DNA from: Trichosphaerium sp. ATCC 40318
Taxonomy: Eukaryota > Protista > Tubulinea
Direction: 5' to 3'
Length of the DNA: 64,000 nucleotides
Assembly: GCA_038496445.1 (NCBI GenBank)
Contig: JALMLS010000149.1
Coordinates: forward strand, 62,001 to 126,000
The translations under genes and the position numbers were made by a program. Positions 24,232-37,300 of this stretch are shown in pieces. The notes beneath the pieces were generated by a model that saw only the letters and a program-made list of their open reading frames with translations, was not told the DNA's origin and ran no database searches. The stretch's first letter is position 1. Each line of letters starts with the position of its first letter.

Positions 24232-25420
24232 ATGGCGAAAACGTGGTCTCTTCTTGACGAACTTCCATTAGAAGTGCTATTTACTGCTTTGAGCTTTGTT
24301 CCGTATGTAGAACTACTACAAAGCGTCAAACTGTTAAACAAAGGCTATGCAGAACTCGTAAGGTACGTTGACGCAATTTATGCGTTGTAATAATGAAGTC
24401 AGGTCTGCGTGGTTTTTTCGCCCTTCTGTTGATTTCTCAAGGCGATACAAGGTTAAAGACCTTCAATTAGATAGATTACCTGACTCTTGTAATACACTAC
24501 GTGACGTAAACTTAAACTGGTACTCTACCTCCTTGTCACACTTCACTAAGACACCCAGGTGTGATATAACGGAAGATGGGCTTCTCACGCTTGCTTTGAA
24601 ATGTCCACAACTGACAACCCTTCAAATCGCTGGTGCGTAATCTTGTACAGCGATCTGTGCATCTTTCCCTGCTAACAAACTGTTCACGGGGTTTTTTTAG
24701 TCAAGTGAGTGCAAAGTTCCGACGTATTTATGCTATGTAGGGACATATCTTCTCGATGGCTTAAGTGAACTGAAATGCGCTAGAAATTTACGTAATCTTA
24801 ATCTTGAGGAATGCAAGGGTATCATCACAACAGAGCTCGTTGAAGTTGTTAACGGATGTACAAAGCTTGAAAGGTACATATCCAAAAAACTGGAATGTAA
24901 AAACCCAAGTCACCTGACCTATTTAGGTTATCCCTTCTACGCGCTAGTTTTCACTATTCTCGAGCACATTACACTGGTATTCATTGCAACAAAAAATTGG
25001 TTTCTGCATTAACATCTCACCCTTCATTAAGGTGCGTTTAACTTTCCCTTTTTTTTCTGCATTTCTTTTTTTTTTATGTCTTCTCACGTGGGTTGAGTTC
25101 TCGATCGCAATACATACAACTATACGTGTACTTTTTTTTAATTTGTGTTTCGTAGGGCATTGGATCTTAGATCAAACCCTCCTATTGCCAATGTCAACCC
25201 TGATGAGTTTGATAAAAATAGATTAGAGATAATTATATACTCAGATAGATATATTTCTGAAGTATACGCACGAGACGATATTAAAATCTACATACAACGC
25301 TTGACAAAACATAGACTGTTTCCATCTTCATTTGGCGACAAAGCTTTAGATAAAGGCTATGTGCTCTATGATGAAGAAGGCACATTTATACCACCACCAC
25401 GACCAAACAAAATGTTGTAA
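24232..25420 (+). CDS. F-box/LRR protein (multi-exon)
   Basis: LDELPLEVLFTALSFV F-box; AMN1-type LRRs (CDITEDGLLTLALKCPQLTTL, LRNLNLEECKGI). Confidence 0.8.
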
Positions 25421-25888
25421 CTATAAATGTAAGAAATGCTAATAAACGCCTGCTTGACATAATGGCCTCTTTAATACGAATTCTTAGTTTATTCTTCGTG
25501 ACCTTAGAGACTAAATCATACCTTATTTTTGAATGTAGGTGTCACATTTCAAGTGTTTGCTAGGATTGGCAATACAAAGTCAAAATACGACAGATTGACC
25601 AATCAAAACCTAAAATCCTTTTTATTATTTGAAAAATTCTAGTTTTTTTCCTTTTCAACAACATTGCATAGCACGCAAGTGTCTAAAATATAGAATAAAT
25701 CATCTCGTGTGGCTACACCAGAGGTACCAAAGTATGAGGGTCTTTCTTCCAGAGCGCCCTGATTGTATTGTCAGTCCAATCTAACCGACTTTTTTTTTTC
25801 TCGCAATTGTAAAGAATTGACTTTCAATTCTCAGTTACAGCTCCAATCAAAGACATCCTTTTTTTCTCTTCTATACATAATCAAATAA

Positions 25889-26818
25889 ATGACAGCCAAA
25901 CACCTCAGATGTGCCGATACACTAAGCCCTGAAGTCATGCATTTGTTTTCGCTTCCTAAAGAGATACTTTTATCTATCGTGGTCAATAACAACCTAAAAT
26001 GGGAAGATTTAGCATCGTTTCAACAATCAAACCGTTATCTATACGAAATAATACTAAACAACTCAGATTATGTTTATAGACATTTGTACCATCAAAGATG
26101 GGGCTGTGATGGCGAAAAAATAGAGTCTGGTGTCCATCAACGAATCCAAAGTGGTATCAAACAGCTACAGTTGTCTGGATACCACGGGGATGTGAAGACT
26201 TTGTATAATCTTGATGCGTCCACGTGGAAAGAAAAGTACCTCAACAAACTTGTACCAAATATCACCTGTCAGTTGAGTTGTGACAAAAAACATATACACA
26301 AAGGAGAGACAGTAACATTCACACTCACCTTTGAGAATATAGGTAAAAGAGAAGAGGTAATTCGCGGGGGTTGTGGAGTACGATCAATTTTCGATTCTGG
26401 TAGTAATGTCTATATTTGGAAGCCTCTTATCAACAACCCTCAAGGATTTCTCAATAATTACAAGACCAAACACTTTCACACTGATTTTGCTAATAGCAGT
26501 AATCCTAAATTATCTCCAGGAGATAGACAAACACATGAGATGCCATTACGTTTTGACACAATTAAACCAGAATATCGACCATTTGGAATGCTATTGCATC
26601 CAGCACTGTCTGCTCTACATCCAGCACTGTCTGCTCTACCTGTTGGTGTGTTATGTCTTCAAGGGAGTACCTATCAAGTTTGCATTGCCTCTGATGAAAC
26701 ACCAAATGTTTTTCCTATTCAAGTATTTATGACGTTCAAAATCTGTAAGAAACATGGACATTGTGCAGTTGTTACTAGCAATGTTGTAGATCTTACAATG
26801 TACAAGACAACTGAATAA
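25889..26818 (+). CDS. Intronless F-box protein with possible C-terminal Ig-like region (309 aa)
   Basis: LFSLPKEILLSIV...DLASFQQSNRYLY F-box; WKEKYL; GETVTFTLTFENIG. Confidence 0.7.
   Translation: MTAKHLRCADTLSPEVMHLFSLPKEILLSIVVNNNLKWEDLASFQQSNRYLYEIILNNSDYVYRHLYHQRWGCDGEKIESGVHQRIQSGIKQLQLSGYHGDVKTLYNLDASTWKEKYLNKLVPNITCQLSCDKKHIHKGETVTFTLTFENIGKREEVIRGGCGVRSIFDSGSNVYIWKPLINNPQGFLNNYKTKHFHTDFANSSNPKLSPGDRQTHEMPLRFDTIKPEYRPFGMLLHPALSALHPALSALPVGVLCLQGSTYQVCIASDETPNVFPIQVFMTFKICKKHGHCAVVTSNVVDLTMYKTTE
26598..26640 (+). repeat. Perfect 21-bp tandem duplication in coding sequence
   Basis: CATCCAGCACTGTCTGCTCTA twice, giving HPALSAL-HPALSAL. Confidence 0.9.
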
Positions 26819-27305
26819 AACTTAAACATTCAACAACGACAACACAAGTTTTGTTAAAGATGCGTTTTCTACTGCTACAGACTTGATTTATACGTGTGCT
26901 ATCCCTTGCTCCTTCTTCACCTTGGCACCATAGATAGAGCGTGTAAGGAAGTGTTCTTGACCTTTTGGCATAGCTGTAAGCTAGACTTACTTATTGTCCA
27001 GGGCAATCTACTTACCAGTAAAAACACGGAATGTTTCGGAATATTTGGTGTTTTTTTCGGAACGTTTTGTGTTTTTTCGGAATAAATTCATTTCATTCTG
27101 TACATCTCCTTAAATGTTAGGCCTAATTATTTCCTGGATGAGAGCCTGTATGCTAATCTCTTGTATTGTGCCATGACCAGCCCAAAACCTGTACCACTGC
27201 CAACTCGCTTGAAAATTGTTGGTAGCACACAGTGTAAAAGGAAGAATTCGGAACTGGATTGCCTGTTTTCTCCGTCCCGATTTTTCTTGCTTTGGAACTA
27301 CTGAT

Positions 27306-29388
27306 ATGTATAAAGCAGCATGTTTTGTACTTTGTAGCGTATTGCTACTCGTTCACGCGCATATTCAAGTCATACAAACAGCATACAACACTGATGACCG
27401 CTTGACACCAAAACAACCGTTACAATTTACGACAGGCAGTCCAGGAAGCTCGTATATCACTGTCGATGCGTCAAAACAGTATCAAAAAATTATTGGTACG
27501 TTTCTGACACATACTCACCCTAATGCATGTCAGGTTTTGGTGGAGCGTTTACCGAGGCTATGAGCGTCGCTGTACGTTGTACACAACTCCAAAACGAAAT
27601 CACTTACAAACGAATTTCTGACACTATTGAAGCTTTCAGGATTGAATGAGGACCTCCAGAACGAAATATACGAAGCCTACTTCGGTAAAAACGGTATCAA
27701 CTACACACTGTGCAGGTACGAATACGACACGCGCAATGGTGAAACATTATAGCCTTTACAACGTTCAGTACAAAATTGTAGTCGTTTCACACTTTTTTTT
27801 GTTAGAACGCATATTAACAGTTGTGACTACTGCGAAAAGAGCTACTCCTACGATGACGTTGCAGATGACTTCAACCTGACACACTTCTCTATTGCTCATG
27901 ATGAAAAAACACTTATTCCAATGATTCTAAAAGCGTACAAGACTGCTGAAAACGCAGGGCGTAAACGTAAGCCTACAATCGACTTTGAAAAGTTTTTCAT
28001 TAATTCCTTCAGGATTCAAGCTGTTCGCTTCTCCTTGGTCGCCTCCTGCTTGGATGAAGTTTTCTGATACAATGATTGGTAGTTTGATACCTGGTCTAGG
28101 TCTAGAGGAGAAATATCATAGAGTTTGGGCTGAGTACTTGTCACGTTACATGACAGAGTACAAGAAGCGAGGAGTAGATATGTGGGCAATGACAGGTCAA
28201 TTTTTTTTTTTGTTTTTTAACTGTTTTATTCCTGACAGTATTGAACAGTTCAGAATGAGCCTCTTAACCTCTTTATAAACTGGGAAGCATGTTTTTACTG
28301 GGCAGAAGAAGAAAGAGATTTTGTTTCGAAATACCTTGGTCCTACTATGGAAAGAGATCATCCAGAATTGAAGATTATTATATTTGATCACAACAAGGTA
28401 AGCATTTTTTTCGAAACTATCAACGTTATTTTCTTCTGACCTGTGTATTAAGGATAATATTGTATGGTATGTAAGTGATATATTGAAACATCAAGACGCT
28501 GCAAAGTATATCTCCGGAAGCGGATTTCATTGGTATGCAGGAGCACACTTTGATCACTTGGACCAAGTAAGAACAACCTCCAAAGAGTGACTTGTTAACA
28601 TAAACTCAGGTTCACGAAGCATTTCCTGACAAGTTTCTACTTTCTACTGAAGCATGTGCTGGACCTGGTGTATTGGTACATATATAAACTTAGTATCTAT
28701 ATGATTACATAATACGTTGAATAGCTGGGTGCTTGGGATCGAGGTGAACGGTATGGAAGAGCCATTATTGGCGATTTAAATCATTGGTGAGCACATAGAA
28801 ATCTGAAGGTTTTTTATTCTTACTTCTTATTAGGTCAGCAGGTTGGGTTGGTACGCGTGGACAACATTTTTTGATGAAGTATAAGTAACCTTTACGATCT
28901 AGATTGGAACATGGTTTTACAGGTCAAGAACTGTACTTCTACAACAAAGTTTTGTATTAGTGGTCCAAATCACGCTGACCCACGCATGTGAATTGCACTT
29001 ATTTTTGTTACAATAATCTAATATTATCTGTAGAAGGTGATGATAGCCCAATAGCAGCAGATACTGTTCTCCAAAAAGTTCACTACCAAATTCCGTATTT
29101 TTACATTGGTCACTTTTCAAAATTCATACAACCAGATTCAGTACGCATAAGCGTATCAATGACTGTTGTTGGTGTAAATGCCACAGCTTTTCTAACACCC
29201 AGTACGTATTTAATACTCTAGTGCGCTTCGAAACAGATATCTAACACGTGATAGAAAACGACATAGTACTAGTTGTGATGAACACAAGTGATAGACCTGT
29301 AGAATTTGATATTGCATATAAAAATCAAAAAGCTTCTGTTACATCACCGCAACACGCTATACAAACATTCATATGGAAACAAGATTGA
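27306..29388 (+). CDS. GBA: Glycoside hydrolase family 30 glucosylceramidase
   Basis: Signal peptide; YQKIIG-FGGAFTE, FASPWSPPAWMK, QNEP (acid/base), GFHWY, LLSTEAC (nucleophile), YIGHFSKFI. Confidence 0.92.
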
Positions 29389-29670
29389 CCCTAACTTACA
29401 GCGACCTTCGTATATTCATATACGTATTCCCTGCAGAGAGTTGTGAATGAACGACATCAACAAGTTGTATTCACTGATGTGTTTTTGTTTCAGTCTGATT
29501 GGAATCAACCAACACATTGTTTAGTCTTTTTGGTTTTCTTTTTAATAAAATGGAGAAAGCATCCTATTTACAGTACTTACAAGCACCCACTTTGATCATT
29601 TCGCAAGTATTTTTTTTTCATGGTATTTGCAATAGATTCTTCTTTGAGGTTTTTTTTGTGGTATGAATTA

Positions 29671-31300
29671 TTAATTCAATATTAAGGCATCATTTTCAGT
29701 TATTAAGTCAATATCTTCTTCAGTTATAAGAGACTCATCGCTATCATCATCTGTCCACTCTGCACGTACACGATACCGTTCAAGTAGATTACGTAGTTCT
29801 TTTACGCAAGGGACGTTAGCTACCATTCTTTTTTCTTTGATTGAAGCAACATTGACGTGCATGTGAAGTTCACCTTGAATTGAAAAAAAAATCAGAGCTT
29901 TTGATCAAACATCATTTCAGAAATACGGAAAAAAATCCTTACCTATCCCATCTTTGCCTTCTTTACAAGAAGATGATACAATATTATTAAGGTAGGTATA
30001 CGATTCGCTTACCTGAAACGATAGTGAGAAACAGCTAAAGTAGAAAAAACGACAAGTTTTTTTGTAAAAACAAACAATCACAAAAAAAAAAGAACAAAAG
30101 GGACTCTCGCTCTCGATCGAAACAAAACGTTCGGTACCGTTTCTTTTCTTGAGTTAAGAGAAATAAGACGTTTAGTAGTTAGAGCGACAACTTTATCAGT
30201 GCCTGGTCTTCCTGATAGGTTTATAGCAGCTATAATAAAGAACGGTATCCTACAAACAAAAAATAAGCAAAAAGCTTTTTTCTATTTTTATAAATGTCTG
30301 ACGTTTAGTAAAATAGTTTGGAAGAAACACAAAGTATTTCATACTTCGGAATAAAAAATTTCACGCAATATTTTACATAACAAAAAAAATGTTACTTGCG
30401 GTCAAATAATACAGTGAGATGATGAGATAAAATACAATCAGTAAAAAAAAATGTTCAAAAAAATTTTACAAATAAAAACAAAAAATTGAAAAAGGATTGT
30501 CTTTCTTCTTCTTGAGTACGTACCCAGTAAAAACAAAAGTGAGTGTAATACCCATGAAGGGCATATCAGTAGATAGATTCTCCGGATTATGAAATACGAA
30601 AAGTGATAAAATAAGGGAGCACGTGATGATGCCACATATTACAAGACCTAATCATTTTTTGTTATAAACAATAAATACAGCAAAACAAAGAAAGAGGAAT
30701 GTTTCACAGGAGTTTGATTTTTTTTTGGGCGTGAGCGTCGTAAAAAGCGTACTGAGGGAGATGAAAAATAATATCCATCCATTACGGTATACTCTAGAAC
30801 CTTTAGGAGAAATATTAGCAAGAAATAAGAGCGTGATGAAATGGAATTTGCTATATTTTTTTTCCCTTTGTAACCCGTTTCATATAGGATATTTCGCGTA
30901 CCAGAGGCGTGTGCCCATACTAACGATTCATCTGTTTTCAGTATTTGTTGTAAATGATCCTCCGTTTCTTCTGGCACAGCGACAGGAGATACCAAGTCGA
31001 TGCTATCCTCGTCGTCGCCCAATTTTCTAATTAGGGGAGTGAAAATGCTATTTACGCAGTACGCGTTCAATAGGCACGTACAAGCTCTCTAAAGGTGAAC
31101 CTTCAATATCATCAACTACATTCCGTGTTCGGCTCGTGCGTTGGCGTTTATGTTTAAAATACCACACAAAGCCACAAACTATATGTACAACAAAGAATAG
31201 TACATTAATGATCACTACAACAACCGGTTAAAACTAGAACCAACCAAAAATGTACATTACATAAATATAAGCTATGACAACTCTCTATATTACTATGCAT
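29671..31300 (-). CDS. Hypothetical multi-exon membrane protein
   Basis: Exons with TM segments and EDHLQQILKTDESLVWAH; last exon ORF 29671-29862; start uncertain. Confidence 0.45.
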
Positions 31301-31568
31301 CGCAGTGTATATGTGTCAATGACAGTGGAGAATTAAAATGAACAAAAACAAAGCCAGTTTGACGAAAAATTGACCAAAAGATAAAAAATGGATCCTTGCG
31401 TACTTAATTTATTCCTTTACCGGAAGATGTCGTGTTAACATAGAGGTGACTTGTACACCATTGCTTTTTTGGTTTAGTTTATTATTTCCTTGTGCTGAAA
31501 AGCCAAAAACTTGACCTGAGGTTTGTGTACAAAATTTAAATATTACAAAAGGGTCCAAGCAAGCTGTT

Positions 31569-32789
31569 TTATGCTTGTTGAAAGCGGTCAGCAACTTCTG
31601 GCCAACGTTCAATGACTTGCTCTATTGGTAAAGGAGGTATTGTTTGAGGGAACACAGCCACATTATACATGCTAGAAGAAGTGTTAACTGGCGATAAAAC
31701 AAATCTGGATAAAGTCGTAATAAAAAAGGAATAAGGCCAGAAAATACGAAAACGGTCTGAGAAAAAATATTGGAGGCATTTTCGCTTGTTTCTCAAATCA
31801 AAAAAAAAAGCGTACAGTCTTCTTAGTTCATAACAGGCAGGTGTGTCAAGGCTCATGATAGTAAAGTGATTATAAGCTTGAACAAATACTGGAACGTTCA
31901 GAAGTCCTAATACCGAAACAGCTAAATGGCAGGGTGAGTGAGGTTTTTTGTACTAGCAAAGGATAAAAAAAACCAAAATCTATGGTGTACTTGGAAAAAT
32001 ATACGGGATACTCTTAACATATTTAAAGTGTGATTTTGTCCAAAATCCATAACCTAAGCGCCATAGTGTGTTTATTGTTATGCCCATTGCGTTAAAAGTG
32101 CCCAGTCCTAACGAGTACATTAATTACAAAGCGACCATTATAATTATCATTGAAAGTCACATGTGACATTTTCTCTTTTTTGATTTTTTGTTTTTTGGAA
32201 ATCTACAAAATCTTCACGTACCAAAGGCTGCAGCAGTTAGATACTTTGGAATTAGTAATCGGCTATTTTCTTCTTTCCATTTACGCAATTCAGATGTCAA
32301 AAACTGTTCTTTGTGCATATGTGACCAAAATGTTAAGCAACCTTGTTCATCTTGCTAGTGAAGGAAAAAAAAAGATTTGAAAGTAAGTGAGACAGTGAAA
32401 TCAGGTATTAACATAAAAAAGTGCATAGATACAGTCTAAAACTCGTCTATAGTGCGGGTAGCCTAATCTTGGATCGTGTTTGTTGTAGCCTAGGCGTGTT
32501 AAAATGCGTACAACCAATAACAACTCACCTCTCGCTCTAACGTCAGACACTTTCAGATATAGCGAAACAAACGCAAGAAAAGGTATTGGCGCCGCTTGTT
32601 AAAATGTTAGTGCGCAATTAGGTAGTTAATCGTGCCTAAGTCTGGTAGGGGCTCTCTAGCATCGAGATTTGGCTCCAGCAAGACATTTCGTTGATCATAA
32701 CTTCCAAGTGAGTAGCCTTTATACCAACGCTTAGTGGTTAAATCGTCGTTTAATTCATAATCGTTGTAATACGACGTTTGCTCTACCAT
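31569..32789 (-). CDS. Hypothetical protein (7 exons) containing a GC-AG and a U12-type intron
   Basis: Hand-spliced open frame MVEQTSYYND...LGYPHYRRVLD-YEQGCLTFWSH...PACYELRR-LFVLSP...DRFQQA. Confidence 0.65.
32351..32432 (-). other. U12-type intron
   Basis: 5'SS GTATCTAT; branch TTTTCCTTCAC 7 nt before AAG; phase 1, next exon starts AT; first AG after the branch gives a stop, second keeps frame. Confidence 0.65.
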
Positions 32790-32933
32790 TGTTTTATGTA
32801 AAGCAGAGAAAAGACGAAAAGAAAAACTCAATAAAAACGTTGACCAAAAGAACAAAAAAACTGCATCAAATAAACTGAAATTTACACGATAAAACAAGAA
32901 CACGCGCCTCGTTTAATATTTTGGAGCAATTCT

Positions 32934-34063
32934 ATGGGCGTTTGCCACCCAGGTCCAAAGCCCGAACGCCATTCAGAAATAACGAAGCAGCTACAAAAAG
33001 AAAAACGTGAAAGTCGTCACAAACTATCTATTCTGTTTCTTGGCGCAGGGCAAAGCGGTAAAAGTACATTTTTCAAACAAACAAAAGCAGCGCACAATAT
33101 TATATCTAAAAGCGAGCGGTATGTTTATATCGAGATTGTGCGCGATAGTATAGTAGAGGCGTTAATACAACTCTGCGATACTGCAACTTCAGATAGTCTA
33201 GACTTAAGCTCTAAGGCCCAGGAAGCTAAAGACAAGCTGTGCGATATAGAAACATGGAGTGCAGGTATGTAGCCAAAAAAAGGTTTTGTGCCCGAATAGC
33301 CACTAATAGTGTTCTTGAAGATGTAGCTAGGCTGTGCTCCATTGTGTGGAATGATGACAGCGTACAGGCTGTTCATAAGGCTGGGTCTAACTTGTCTATA
33401 CTTTGGTGCATTGACGCATTTATGAAGGATATAGACCGTATAGCTGACGAGGACTACGAACCAAGCGATAATGATATGATTTGCTCTCGCGTTAAAACTA
33501 CAGGCATAAAAGAGATCGCAATAGAAGTGGACAACTCCACAGTTACATTCACAGATGTTGGCGGCCAGCGATCGGAAAGACGGAAATGGATCCATTGCTT
33601 TAATGGGGTAAACGCAGTGCTATATTTGTGCGCTATAGACGAGTACGATAAATATGAAGGAGAGGATAACTGCTTGGTTCAAAGTATAAAGCTATTCGAA
33701 CAAGTTGTTAACGAACAAGCGCTACAGGGCAGTTTGATCATTTTATTCCTAAACAAGGCCGACCTTTTCAAAAGAAAGTTTGACCATGTTAACCTACAAG
33801 ACCACTTTGAAGGATACAAAGAAGGACAAGACGATTGGGTTAACGGTGTAAAATACATAGAAAAAAAGTTTAAACGGAAATGCAGAGGACGTGCTGTACA
33901 AACGTATGTAACGTGCGCAGTTGATGGAAACAACTGTAAAAAGGTGTTTAATAGCGTAATCAAGGACGTGAGGCGTCAAAGCCTTATAAAATCGGGATTG
34001 ATTCCAGAAGGAACAACAGCAGTTGTTGAAAGAAACAAAGATCGAAGAAAGAACTCCATATAG
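32934..34063 (+). CDS. Heterotrimeric G protein alpha subunit (one intron 33265-33309)
   Basis: MGVC lipidation start; GAGQSGKST, RVKTTG, DVGGQRSERRKW, FLNKAD, TCAVD. Confidence 0.95.
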
Positions 34064-34356
34064 ACTATCCTTAAGGGTAGTTTCGAGCATGAGATGATGA
34101 CGAGTGGATGAGTTTGGGAGGCTGTGATGTTATTGAAATACATAAAAAAAAGATAAGACGCTTGTATAGTTGTACGAGAGTATGTATACAGTAACGAAAA
34201 TGTAATTGTAGAAAAAAAAAACAAAGGTCAAGAGTTGACACTCAAATTGGAAAAAAAATATTTTGGACTTTTTTTCGCCCAAAGCTTCTAATTTTGATTT
34301 AAATACTGAAACGACAACTTCTACATAACGCCAGTTATAAATCACCTAACGTTACC

Positions 34357-37300
34357 ATGTTTTTGGAGTGGATAGCGTTGCTAGGTTTCATACCTAAGGA
34401 CACCAGTACGTTGCACTATAAACCTATTTATATTTTTCTGTACGCTATATTGAGGCTTGGTGGTGTGAAATGGTGTACTTTCGGCTGTGCTAACCTGATC
34501 TTGCAGCATCTGGCGTGTACCTCACGTTTCCAGTCGCTTTACGGCGCTCTGCGGCTCAACAGACGGTAGACCATCTACTGAATAGCCCGCGAGCGAACGC
34601 AGAGTTATCTAGCGAAACGCACGTTAAAGTGGTTATGGAGGTAATGGGCCAAGCGTTTGCATTAGACATTGCCGACAACGCACAAATTATTTCGGACGTT
34701 ACAGAGTTATACAAGAGGTGGCTTCTTTCTGGAGAGAACAGACCTGCTCCAATTGCTAATAACGAACCTAAATTTTTCAAGGTACGCGTTAGGCACAAGT
34801 ATAAATTTGGCTCTATTGCACTGCACGCTATCTTTACGTCTGCAATAGCTAATTATACCTTCCTAAATAGTTGCCTTTTTGGTGTTTTAGAACTAATGAC
34901 ACCTTGATTTTTTTAGGAGATATTTAAGCATTTCTCTCTCTTATTTACGCCAAGAACAACGCAAAGACCCTCCCCTGATATGGTCCTAAACCATGCCGCA
35001 TTATGTGCCACAGTTCTGAGCATAATTGATCAGCTGGGTAAACAATATTTAATGTGATTTTTTTTTTTTACATTTTTTCGCTTCGTGCGCATGAACGTTT
35101 TCAGTTGTTAACTGGAATACTCAGGTAAGGACTATGGACGTAAAATGGATAAAGACACGTGGGAAACTATACTTCTTATTATGCTTGGTATATGTGATCA
35201 TCTGTTGCAAGCTTCAGAGGCAGTACGTTTAAAATAATAAAATACCACATTATTTGAGCAAACTTTTAAACGAATATTAATATTTTTCTACCTAGGCCGC
35301 TCACGCAGCGTTGGCAAACAATCTATGCTCACAATTACTTAAAGTATTATTTTCACTATGGATACGCTCTGAAACTCAAAATGATGTTATGTGGGATCAC
35401 TTAAAGCTATTAATGGTCAATTGGCGTCATAGACTACCAGTTATATATCAATGGAATGCGACATGCACTTCACTAACAAATGCACTAAGAAAGGTGCTTT
35501 ACACATCACATAATTCTCCTACAGTTAACCTTCAAATGTACGTGGCTACTTATGCTCGTTCGAAACATTAATGCTCCTATAGGCTTGGTGAGAGTGATGT
35601 TATACAAATACCAACCGAACATGTTAAATATGTGTGGTACCGATGCTTGCGTATCTTTTTTGGGTGTTTTGAATTTTTTTTTATTTGTCATTATTTCGTT
35701 GTTGTTTGAACTTCTGAGGTTTGATATGACTTTGATATTATTGTAAAATTATTCCTTGACTTTATAGATGTTTTGGGAGATTTAGAAGAACTTGAAGCGC
35801 CTCGGAATTACTTGGAAGCAATGAAAACTGTTCATGTTTTATGCAATCTTTTTATACATAATAAAATACATAACTCTGACCACTCTCCACGAGGAGGAAG
35901 TGGCGACTCTGTACGTTTTTTCTTTGCACACCAAATATGTTAAATTATCATGATTTGTTCTACTCACTTTTTTTTTGATTATAGCAAGCTATCAAGTCTA
36001 GACCTGATGGTAATGTTATTTTGCATATTTTTGGACCTTTCTTGTTTGAGGCAATAAATAGATACAAGGCTGGGTACGTTTTAATGACCTCAACAATAAG
36101 AAAGACAAGAACATTGTGTTCTGATTTTTTTTTTCAACAAAAGGTTCGAACAAGGAAAGGCTGAAGCTTATGAAACGTTATGCACGTTGTTTACAAGTTG
36201 TTGTGATACGAATTTCCTTGATACATATCTATCTGCATTTTATAGAGGCTTAGAAATCGTACGTAGTTGTTTTTTTCAATTTCTTATTATTATTGTTCGC
36301 TTATGTTGCATGTAGGGTATTGCTATGAGTCCAATGTTACTGGATGTTATCATTAAAAATTGTGCCCAGTTGTTCCATTGTGAATTACGTGGTACACGCC
36401 TATTATTGCCTATATTCATCTATGGTACTGAGAAACTCCTAAACAGCAATGTAAGTACCTTCATTTAGAGGGTTTTTTTTACTCATTTGATTTTTGTTTA
36501 GGGTCGTCTTGAAGGAACTAAAACACCACCTGCTGTACTAAGAAGATCATGCTATCATATTCTTCAGTATCTAGGAAACATGGCACACCTCTTTTACAAT
36601 CAAACAATCCGTCAGACATTGTTTACAGATATCAAGCTAAAATATACTACACACAATCAAGTACTATTTTATTTTCGATTTATACAAGATTAACCATTAC
36701 TGTAGCTCACTGGATTCGTATCAGAGATGTTACTGAGTAAGCTCAAAACGGAAGACGATAACCAGAACAGAATATTGTTGATTTGGCATGTAGTAACGTA
36801 CGTACACTTGTTTGTAAGGACCAAATTTAATTTGTGATTAGGTTCATGTTTGAAAACGCTGATAATTTGCGTGATTTCCCAAGAGCTGTTGTTATGTTAT
36901 TAGTAGAGAAGTTGAATGGAGCTCCTTTGGATCCTACTGTAACTCATGAACTTATTAATGCTCTAGCAGAAATATCTGAGTTATACACACACGTTGAAAA
37001 CGAAAAAGAGGTAAAACGTCAAGCTGACACTTGTCAATCAAAAAAAAAAAGAGAATTTTATGTTTCGTTCTATTGTTGTTGTATACGCGTTTATACTTTT
37101 TTAGATCATGGCTAAGTATCTATCTAACTCACTTTGTGATTATATTTGCAAATTGATGAGCAACTCTACTAATAGCGAAGCTTTGGTTCTTGCATCTTAT
37201 AATTGCTTGACCAGATGGGTAGTACAGGTACAAACTAGTACTCTTTATAAAACTCGTAATTAATTGCCTTAAATAGGGTCAATGGATTGTTAAAATACAT

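Noticed and set aside
27025-27085. Four spaced (TT)CGGAA units as a CRISPR-like or regular array
   Set aside because: Units too short and irregular; no CRISPR array, rRNA or tRNA was found anywhere in the window
34094-34140. C-box-like ATGATGA downstream of G-alpha
   Set aside because: No D box or terminal stem at suitable distance
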